Shown here piece after piece: positions 24,006 through 33,600 of a DNA stretch of 64,000 nucleotides (position 1 is its first letter; every line of letters begins with the position of its first letter). The DNA lies in assembly GCA_905178155.1 (NCBI GenBank), contig CAJINV010000006.1, forward strand, positions 786,345 through 850,344, read 5' to 3'. The notes under the pieces were generated by a model, which did no database searches, was not told the DNA's origin, and saw nothing but the letters and a program-made list of their open reading frames with translations. This DNA is from Amoebophrya sp. A120. Lineage: Eukaryota > Protista > Dinoflagellata. Both the position numbers and the translations under genes were made by a program.

Positions 24006-24984
24006 TTAATTGTTTTCTACAGTTCGTTGGCAGCTCGTAATAAGATGCTGAGATGAATATCGCTCAGCCGCTTCTTTGTTTTTGGCTTGATCGGATGCCG
24101 ACCTTTGTTCATTTCGACGACCAAAACCTCGAGTCGCTATGGCAGGCGAGGCGCTATCCTACCTACCAATGGCCCATTTCCCTCTGGGAATTGGCAAAAG
24201 CAGTAGAAGAATACCTACAGATGCAGGAGGAGGTACATGAGCAACATTTTCTCTAATAGGAAAACAGAGAAAGCAGGCGCCAACCCCCGTGAACGAGAGA
24301 GGCCATCAGAGCAAATCAAGCGCTCGTCCGGGCGAGCGGCAAATTCTTTCTATCGGCTCTGATCTGAAAAAAATGTTTAGGAGGAAGATCCTCCACTAGA
24401 GGGCTCCTGTCTTTCAAGTAGAGACGGTTCAGGCAAGAACAGATCACCGCGATGAAGCAAAGATGGTGAGTGTTGAAATCAAGATCCAATGAAATCGACC
24501 CCGGAATATCAAAACTGGAACAAGATCCATCTGTTAACCACTCTCCCAGTCGGTTCATCTTCAAAAGAAATGAGATTTTTAGACGAAATGGTAGTGATTT
24601 CCAGACTGCGCAGGTCTTCATTTGCCGTTCTTCGTGCTACAGCTACTGCATGAGTAGTACAGCACTCATACTCAACTACTGCAGTTTATTTCTCCGAAAA
24701 AACAAGACAGCCAACCTTCTGCGTGGAGTTTTCTGATAGCACCGACTACTGTTTCTGTTCCGCACTTTACTTTTCTCAGATTCCACCAGCACCGCTTAGT
24801 CACCAAAATTCTTGCAGCAACATTCAGTACTTCTTACTAAGTCTCTTATTTGTCGCAAAGTTATAAAAATCCCGTATTTGCGTTCCGTTTAAGAAAGTAG
24901 CTACTGTACTGAGTATTTTCTTGCTTCTGTCTGAAGAATTGGCATCCTGAATCCGAAAACCAGCACCACTGGTCAAAAATCAAA

Positions 24985-27411
24985 ATGGCCCTGCTACTTC
25001 CAATAGATCATCTCCTCTTTCGGCGACAACTGATGCTCCTCACGGCCGGCTTGCTATTCCTGACGCCGACCTGCTTGCTCCCCTTTCATATTGATGCGCC
25101 ATCTACATGTTCATCCGCACCAGTCGGAGGTGTCTATGCCGCGAAATTCAACAGTCTCATAGCTGGTCCCCGAGCAGCAAATAAACATAAAGCCACGCGT
25201 CCCCGGACCCCGCTTTCCCATCCCCCAATCGAAACCTCCGTCGGTTCGGTTGGACACCCGTTGACGTGCGGCGAGGCGTGCAAGTACGCGCGGAAGCCGA
25301 AGGGGTGCAAGGACGGAGCGCACTGCAAAAGGTGTCATCACTGCGTCTGGAGCCGGTATTGGAGTAAAGAGACGACATTCGGAATTAATGGTAGTTGCGG
25401 TGGAAATGCTGGTGCAAGAACCACGGCGACCGCCGCCACGGCAAGAGGAACTCCTGCGCTGCCACAGGAACAGCAGGATTATGAGAACAACTTCGACCTA
25501 TTCCAATTCCAGTGCATGCCGTGTGGTTCTGTTGTGCCACATCAATTGCCGTGGTGCGTGCTACCGCAACCGGAACAAACTGTTGGTGGAGATGAACACG
25601 CAGTGAGTGGAACACCAACCCATCAAGAAAAAAGCCACTGTGTCAAGACGCCAAACACTTCTACAACGCCGCAATGCGTCGAAAGAAGTAGCCCTGGGTC
25701 AACATCAACAGGAACGCCACCTACCAGCGAAGGAGCCACGACAGGTAATTACCTGACGCCCGAGTTCCCGCCTGCGACACCACAGGTAACTATGCAGCTC
25801 GTACCGGTCGTGTTTTGCAGCCCTTCCTCGTGGCACCACCAGCCACCAGAGGAACAGCAATGCTTCGGCTTTTTTCCACCCTCGTGCGCGATGAATTTTG
25901 ATCCGTCAACACCGTTGTTCCAGGAACAAACAGCAGCGGGTTCAAGCTGTTCCACCAGTATGACAACATTTCTACCGTCGGCCGACAGCAGTGGGTCCTC
26001 TATGACTTGTTCGAGCGAGGTTCCGCTTCCGTCGTCTTCTACGGCCGGGGCCCCTCCGGGACATTGGGAAGCTGTCCCCGCCAGCGGATTGATGAGCAAC
26101 TTTAGCCACGACCACGAAGAACTGCGTGCAGGAGCAGTGGAGAAGGAAACGCAAGAGCGCCGTGGTCTTCCACAGCACCCAGCGTCGTGTAGTAGCAACA
26201 CCACAGGCGGCCCAATCTACTTCGATCCAACGGTGCTTCGTTTCCAAGCACCACAGCAGCAAGCTGGACTCCGTTTTGCCGAACAGGAAATGCAACGGCG
26301 GCTTCCGTGTAACAATTCCGGCTTCGATCCGCGATTGCTTTGCTTTCAAGGACCAGAACAGCATCAAGGTGGACGAACTCCTTTTTCAGAAGCGGAAATT
26401 AATGTGCTACGGCAGCAGGCGGTCAGCGTGTTTCAAGAGAAGAACAAAGACGCGGAACAACAAGAGAGGAAGGCGCAGCTTTCGTTTTCATCTTCAGTTG
26501 ATAGGCCGAGCCACCACATGATCATGCGTGAAGAAGCCGGGAAGCGGACCTACTCAAAAGCTGCTGCTACTGTTGCTGCACCAGCGACCACAGGAAGGGG
26601 GCAGAAGGTCTCGATGAAAACAGATCTTCAACCTAAGAGGACTACGGCTGCAAGGGCCCCGGCCGGGAACAAGACCATTTGTAGTTCTGTGTCTACTCCA
26701 TCTTCTTTGCGATATGAGTGTAAGAGGAATGGAGCGTCGTCTAGGCCGTCAAGACGGAGCAGCAGAAGCCCTTCTCCGACTTCCGCTGCGAGTTGTAGGG
26801 CAACCCAGGAAGTAGAGAGGGTCAAACACAGTCAAGAGCCGCCGGAACAAGGACCCGCAGGCGCATGTGATCTTCTTACGCCACAACCTTCTTGCAGAAG
26901 TAACGCCGCGTCGAAAACACCTACAGCAGGAGCATCCTCTTGTCCCTCACGTCTCATACACGCCTTGCACATCGAACCTGGGAAGGAAAAAGAGCGAAAA
27001 GCCTTTCGTGTTTCGTGGGCCGATTTGACCAGTGACAGCAGCTCGGAAGGGGAAAGTGGCACAAAGAACAAAACACGAGTTCTTTTGCACGACCGGAGGA
27101 AACAAGCTAGGGAACAGGTTTTGAAGTTCCACCGGTCCATGCTGAAGCAGGGAATAAATCGCGACGAAGTTGTAGATGAGCAGGGGGCGGGCGTGCGTGA
27201 TGTGGTGCAGAATGCGACAACGGTAGAACTTGTATCACAACGGGCGGACCAGCAACATAACACGGTCGTGACGATGCACAACAATAAGAATCTATCGCGG
27301 GCCAGCACCATGGACAACTTCGGGACCACGGGAAGTTCTTGTGCGGAGGAGGAGGAGGCGTGCAGCCCGGATTTATTGTCAGAGGACGAGAATGCACAAG
27401 CACCGCAATGA
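24985..27411 (+). CDS. CCCH zinc-finger protein with signal-like leader and long disordered tail
   Basis: 808-aa intronless ORF; LMLLTAGLLFLTPTCLL; SVGSVGHPLTCGEACKYARKPKGCKDGAHCKRCHHC. Confidence 0.87.
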   Translation: MALLLPIDHLLFRRQLMLLTAGLLFLTPTCLLPFHIDAPSTCSSAPVGGVYAAKFNSLIAGPRAANKHKATRPRTPLSHPPIETSVGSVGHPLTCGEACKYARKPKGCKDGAHCKRCHHCVWSRYWSKETTFGINGSCGGNAGARTTATAATARGTPALPQEQQDYENNFDLFQFQCMPCGSVVPHQLPWCVLPQPEQTVGGDEHAVSGTPTHQEKSHCVKTPNTSTTPQCVERSSPGSTSTGTPPTSEGATTGNYLTPEFPPATPQVTMQLVPVVFCSPSSWHHQPPEEQQCFGFFPPSCAMNFDPSTPLFQEQTAAGSSCSTSMTTFLPSADSSGSSMTCSSEVPLPSSSTAGAPPGHWEAVPASGLMSNFSHDHEELRAGAVEKETQERRGLPQHPASCSSNTTGGPIYFDPTVLRFQAPQQQAGLRFAEQEMQRRLPCNNSGFDPRLLCFQGPEQHQGGRTPFSEAEINVLRQQAVSVFQEKNKDAEQQERKAQLSFSSSVDRPSHHMIMREEAGKRTYSKAAATVAAPATTGRGQKVSMKTDLQPKRTTAARAPAGNKTICSSVSTPSSLRYECKRNGASSRPSRRSSRSPSPTSAASCRATQEVERVKHSQEPPEQGPAGACDLLTPQPSCRSNAASKTPTAGASSCPSRLIHALHIEPGKEKERKAFRVSWADLTSDSSSEGESGTKNKTRVLLHDRRKQAREQVLKFHRSMLKQGINRDEVVDEQGAGVRDVVQNATTVELVSQRADQQHNTVVTMHNNKNLSRASTMDNFGTTGSSCAEEEEACSPDLLSEDENAQAPQ

Positions 27412-28349
27412 CGTAGGTGTCGTTCTCAGTAGGAGGTTTTATCTAGAGTAAAAACTAGAAGTATATAATACGCAAAGTGAAAGTTAGTTATAATGCGAAC
27501 GAGCAGACACAGACAGACGGCTCCGACTGAAGACCGTCTTGATTTCTTCCCTGGTATGATAGATTGATCTAATGACCAGTTGACTTTTTGATCGTATGAG
27601 ATGGGCCAATGTGAATTGATAACTCTGAAAGTAAACAGCTAAAGTATTCTGTCTTCAACGACGTGCACACGACGTATCTATGTATGATGAAAACAGGACG
27701 GGCACACACACAGTAAATAATTAGTCTCAAAAAGTAGATTCCGAATTGTACCTAGGAAGTCGAAAAATGAATTTATTGTCAATACGCCAACAAGAAGCGG
27801 CCTTCTCTTGTCCGCACAGTGGCCACCGTGAATCGAGTTTCTGCACTGGGATTTCGCTCCGAAAGGTTGTTACATGACACAGACTACTTTTTCCTTCCTC
27901 CAGCATTAATCTACAGCGTTATGCATAGACCTCTTTTTATACTCATGAACGAAGATTGTTGAGTTCCACTTCCATCCATGTCGAAATGATGAGTTCCATA
28001 GAAGGAAATCCACTTGCACTCAGAATGCGCCATTATCCAGCGATGTTTCGTGCGCTAACTGTGTGTGAAAGCTCCGGTTCTGTGGTGTTGTAGCCAGTCA
28101 GTAAAAAGATCAAGAACGACCTGGGGCTTTGAACATACTCATGTGCATCTGAAGTCGAGAACGAAAGCAGTTTGAATGGAGAAACTGGAGCACAAGAAAA
28201 GACGGCAAATATATTATTCACGGGCTTTTGGTCCGAAACCGGATGCAGATGAACTAGCGGATTGAGTGTGTTCATGGAGTCAGGGTCTTGCTCGTTTCCG
28301 GTCCTTCGTGACAGATTGTCATTCGTAGTTGTGCAAGATCTGTCCGGCA

Positions 28350-29420
28350 GATGGCCAAAGCCCCGCGCGCCCTCTGCAAGTAGCCACCCGGCTGCTAGAG
28401 CTAGAGGAGCCATGCTGCGAAATGCCTGGGCTTGCGGTTGCGGCGGGGGTCTTCCAGCGGTCCGCCGAAGTTTGGTGGCGCTGGCGCTGCAGTGGTTTGT
28501 CTGCGCGCAATCCGTATGGGTGTATCGCGGCCGACTGCGAGGAAGTTGCCCTATGGCGCCGTAGACGCGTTGGCCCGTCCGGGCCGCATGGCGCAACTAT
28601 GTAGGCCCTTGCTTCTCGTGTTGTTTTCGCTTCCCACTTGGGGGCCAGCCAGCGCGCGGGGCGAGCGATGGGCTGCGTGCAATTGCGGCGCGCCGGGTGC
28701 TCCTGTGCGAGCTGGCGGGCTGGCAAAGCCCGCCCGCGGGGGGCCGCGCCGCCAACAAGGCCGGCGCATAACCCTGCCTCGTGTGTGTTTTCCTACATGG
28801 GCAAGGGCGGCGGGCTTGCCGGGGCTTTGTCTGCAGACAGTGCGCGGCCATTGGGCGGGTGGGCGGTTGTGGCCTTGGCCCATCTTCAGCCGTGCGGGCG
28901 GCGCGCGTCCCGGCCGGCTTCAATCTTCACCCAGGGCCCCAAGTCATTGCGCCGGCTGGCCTCCCTCTTTGCTGCAGCTGCCGGGCCCGATGCGCGCGGA
29001 ACGGATCGAGGACCCGAATGAATCCCGCGCGCGCTTCCGTCGGCCCTCTTGGGCTGCCCCCTCCCCCGTTGGCCGGCGTCCGTCCTCGCTATCCGGTCGC
29101 CCCGGCCGTGGCACCGCGCGCCCGCCGCGCGCGTGCTGGGCCGGCCTGCCCGGCGGGCCGGGCCCTTGCCTTGTTTTCACCCGGCCGCCCTCATTCTATG
29201 GCCCGCGGCTCTGTAGTAAGTGGGCTGGTTGGCCCGTGTATTGGGGAGCGCCGGCGCGGTTTGTGTCCCGTAGTGCTCTGCATCGGTGCCCGCCTCGTCC
29301 GCACCGATGGTTGGTGCGTGTGAATGTTATCACACGCAGGCGCAGAGAAGCGCCGCGCGCCGCTGGTACGTGTGCCGCCGGCTGCCCGGTTCGTTCGGAT
29401 CCGAGTCCGTATGTGATTCG
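28350..29420. other. Second GC-rich block without a convincing ORF
   Basis: Same compositional signature as 22900-24005. Confidence 0.55.
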
Positions 29421-30655
29421 CTTTTGCGTTGTCCTCGTTTCATTATGACATCGCCCGGACGGTGGCGCGGATGGTGTTTTCTCAGAATCGATGGTAGTGT
29501 CGCAATCGACTCCCAAGACCGCATGTTCGTGACTGATGGCGCAAACTACAAAAGAAGATATAGGTGCTTCAGTTGTTCTAGTTCTTGTTACCAAGAAATG
29601 TGGGCGGGGACCGACGAGGAAGACGAAGAGCAAGCGTCTCGAGCAGTGAGTGTCGCAAAATAGCGTGAGTGTCGCAAAGTGGCGTGACCATCTTTTGATC
29701 ACAGGGTGAACTTCTACTGTCCGACAGAGGTTTTTGATTTACTTACTCCCAGAGTGGTAGAAGTAGAGCATGTATGTGCTTCTAGTTGTCTTTCTGGACG
29801 GGAATAACAAAAGCAAGAGTCGTTGGGGTGGTTTGAGTTTAATGGGTGTAGCAGGTTGTCGTGACGTATTTTTAAGTCCTTGGTTGTCGTTGATTCATGA
29901 AATTCTCGTTTTCTCATTGTCCTCCGCACAAATTTACAGTAACATCTAAGTGTTGTTGCCACGTATTCGGAGGAATCGCACACGCCCCGGTTTTCTCTAA
30001 CAAGGATTGCTATAAAGAATTTATTTCTAAATAGAAGGCGTCAGCACACGGCCTGAGCAGGACGCGGACCTCCTGGTTGCGAAGAAAAATTGGTGAAGAT
30101 GTTGCTGTACTATGGTTTTTCTACAAATTGGTGATCTACTGTGTATGAGTTGACCACGTCGCAAGAAGCAAGAAAGTACTTTGTCGACGAAAAAAATCAA
30201 CATGATGCGTCGACGCCATGGATAAAGTTCTATAAATTCTACTTCCGCCTGGCTGCTCCTCGTGGACAACTACGAGGAAATCATGAGGTTTGTAAAAACA
30301 TATCTGCGGAAGTCGTTGTTCATGTACTCGTATTCCAAGTCGCAGCACTTCATCATCACCGCAACTCAAACTCTGGAGATACTTGGTTGGTGACCACCAC
30401 GCTCGTAAGCGATACCGACAAGGATGACGCTGGCCACCTCGTCGCTCCTTCTCATGATGGAGGTGAACCCCTGGTGCCCCTGGTGACATAATTACTTATC
30501 ACGCCTGCTGACGTTCTTCATCTACCTCGTGGCTGCAGGTTTTGTTTTCCCCCACGACAAGAACCTATAGGTTGCTGCTCTTGCCACGACCTACAAAGAG
30601 GAGTGCCGCCGGCGGTAGGAGCAGCTGCAGTCACAGGACGTCGTGGTGCACGAGG

Positions 30656-33600
30656 ATGTTGATGAAACAACTACTATCTCTGCTACAACTTCTGAGCTTT
30701 CTTGGTCAACAACGACATACCGGCTGCGCGACGGCGGATGCGGGAGCAGTAGGAGACAGTACCGGCAGAGATGAGCCAGAGAGTGACCGCGACCACGGGT
30801 TCTACGTTGGTGGAAGCACCAGAACTGGCGGAAATTATAATAACCGTGGTAAAATTAACCTCCAAGCTGACCGGAGCACGACGAGGGTCCAACAACGTGA
30901 AATAAAGACGACAGATGAACAAGCGGCACGAGCTCGAGGACCCAGCATCGGGGAAGAAGATGAGGGACGAGATTTGGCGTTCACCGGCGCGAGAGCGACA
31001 GGTCGAAACAACCCCCGCCAACCGATTCCCGAGGCCGCAGACCCGCTGGGGCAGTCGTTTCTGAGTTTAAAAACCGTGGAAAAGAAGACGCAGAAGCAGC
31101 TGCAGAAAATGTTGAAGGTAACGAAAAAGCGGGAGAAGCAGTTGCGGAAGAAAAAAACTGGTCGTGCTGTTGAGGAAGAGAAGCTGCACAGTTCGAAGGA
31201 AGATCAGGAAATAAAGAACTACGACGCAGATGATGACGGTTCGTCGTCCGAAGGCGGAGTCGTGGAAAATGACCCTCCGGCTGCGTCGAGCGACAGGGAA
31301 AAGACCCACGAGAATTATGAGTCCAACTTTCTCGAGAAGAAAATGAAAATAGCAGCGAAGATGGGTAGTATTCCTTCGCCGTTGATGCCGCAGCCGATGG
31401 GAGAAACCGATCCGCAGCCCTTGTACTGGAGCATGTGGGAACGGCTGAGCCACATGAACCAGGCCGCGTGGGTTCCCGTGCACGGCGTATCAAATGCAAA
31501 AGTGTCTGGGCCTGGAAGATTGCGAGACTTGTCATGCTTGTCTGACATGACCAAAAAGTTTGTGATGCGTGTCCAAGAAGAGACCCTTTTGCCTGTCATG
31601 CGAAAACGCAGTTTATCATGCGAAAAACGCAACACAAAGAAGCGTAGATATTTCTCATGCTTGCCTGTGCATTACAGAGCATTCACTATTCCCAACGCAG
31701 CATTACAAGTTTCCAAACCTAGACACTTTTGCAGTTGATACGGCGACTGCTGGGACCACTGCAGTTCACGGCAGGGACTCTGTCCAGCCTGCGGCGCGGG
31801 TGGCATATGCATTGCAAATATCGATCTGGGTCTGGAAGTAGAGTGTAACTTGTCATGCTACATCTGGATCGTGGAAAAATTTGTGTTGCATGATTTTTAC
31901 CAAAAGAGGTCCACTCTTGAATAAGTTTAGAGGCAGTTTCTCATGCAGGAACGGCATGATACTAGAGATCTCACAGAACCTGTCATGCTAGGTCGTGCAT
32001 GCCAGACCACGCGGGTCATGGAAAGCCTGCATGACAAACCTACCACTCTTCCAGACCCGGACATATTTGCATTGGATACGGCATGTGCTGCCGCAATGGG
32101 TGGCCGCCCGGGGGCCGGGCATATGGTCTGTTGGCGAACGGTATGAAATGCAAATATGTCCTCTGGGTCTGGAAAAATGCAGGGTTTGTCATGCAGAGCT
32201 TGCATGGCTCTCAAGTCTGTCATGCGCGCCACACAAAAGCCACATTTCTCTGTCATGCAGAAACGCAATTTGTCATGCAGATAGGCAACACTATAGCAAC
32301 TCCAAAACTTGTCATGCTTGGCTGTCAATGAAGGCGTACACATGATTCGCCAAACAGCATTACAAGTTTCCAGACCCAGACATTTTTGCAGTGCATAAAC
32401 GGGTGCGACGGCAGCGTCGGGAAGACGAGCGGAGCGGCCGGCCACGTGTGCGTCGGTATGCATCGCAAATGTGACGGGGTCTGGGAAATTGCAAACTTGT
32501 AACTCATGCTGCGAGTCACACAAAAATTTGTCTTGCACCACTACCACAACGATACCCGTGTTCGGACATGCTGAGAAGGGATTTCTCATGCAGGATAGGC
32601 ATTGCAAAGGCTTTGCGGAATCTGTGATGCTACACCCCGCATCCCAGATTACGTAGGGAATGGAAGATCTGCATGGCAAGCTTCTGCAGTTTCACACGCC
32701 CGGACACGTTGCGTTTGATAGTCGTGCCGGCGACGCAATTTTACACGCACGAATTGCTTGTGCCCAGTTTTGACTGCTGGAGCTATTGCAGCCAAGCTGG
32801 CTCCTGCCCCGGCGCCTGCGGGACCGGAGGAAAGTGCTGCAAGAAAGGTATTCTAACGAGAAACGTCCCCACCCCAGAGTCGTCATGCAAATCTATACGC
32901 TAGATCTGTGATGCTGATGAACTAGCTAAACAGGATTACATTACGAGGCCAAAAAACTTGTCATGCGCAACAACCAAAGCTGGCTGATTTGTCTAGCAGA
33001 TTTCCCAATCGTTGACTATGAGGTGGGGACGTTCTTTTTGCCCACGATAGCAGGCGAAGTGCAAAACGGCTGCGACGGGACCATCGGCGGGGAAGGCTAC
33101 CACACCTGCATCACGCCGAAAACACCTAAGAGGTATGGGGAAGGGCAGTGCGACAGCTATACAGGGAATTGTCCTGTGCGGAAAACGATCGAGATGCGCA
33201 AAACGTCCGTCTGGGCGGATGTACTTGCAAAGCAGTATGGCGGGCACGGGGGTTGGCACGCCCCTTACAACTGGTATTCGTACCCAGCTATCAAATGCAA
33301 AAATGTCTGGGTCTGGAAGGATGCAAGGTTTGTCATGCACATTTTGCATGACTTCTCCTGATGCCTTCGATGCATGCCCTAGCATCACAGATCTTGTGAA
33401 GGCTTTCTGATGCCTATAACGCATGAGAAATGCCCTCTCGCCGTGGCCAAAACCAGACCTCTTTTGCTGTTCATGCAATACAGATTCTTAGATAATGCAG
33501 ACGCAGCATCACAAGTTGCATTGTACCAGACCCAGACATTTTTACATATGATACCAGCCCAGGGGTACGAGGGTTTGTTGGAGCTGGCGCTATTGCAAGG

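Noticed and set aside
24040-24620. Possible tyrosine recombinase or other TE remnant
   Set aside because: No catalytic motif could be identified by eye
28432-29448. 338-aa R/P/G/A-rich ORF
   Set aside because: Expected by chance in very GC-rich DNA; no recognisable domain
29286-30491. Short ORFs of 116-125 aa upstream of the first PAN gene
   Set aside because: No domain, splice or homology support
30542-31738. 398-aa ORF as a complete gene
   Set aside because: Its last ~80 codons read into an introner; the real frame continues after 31740
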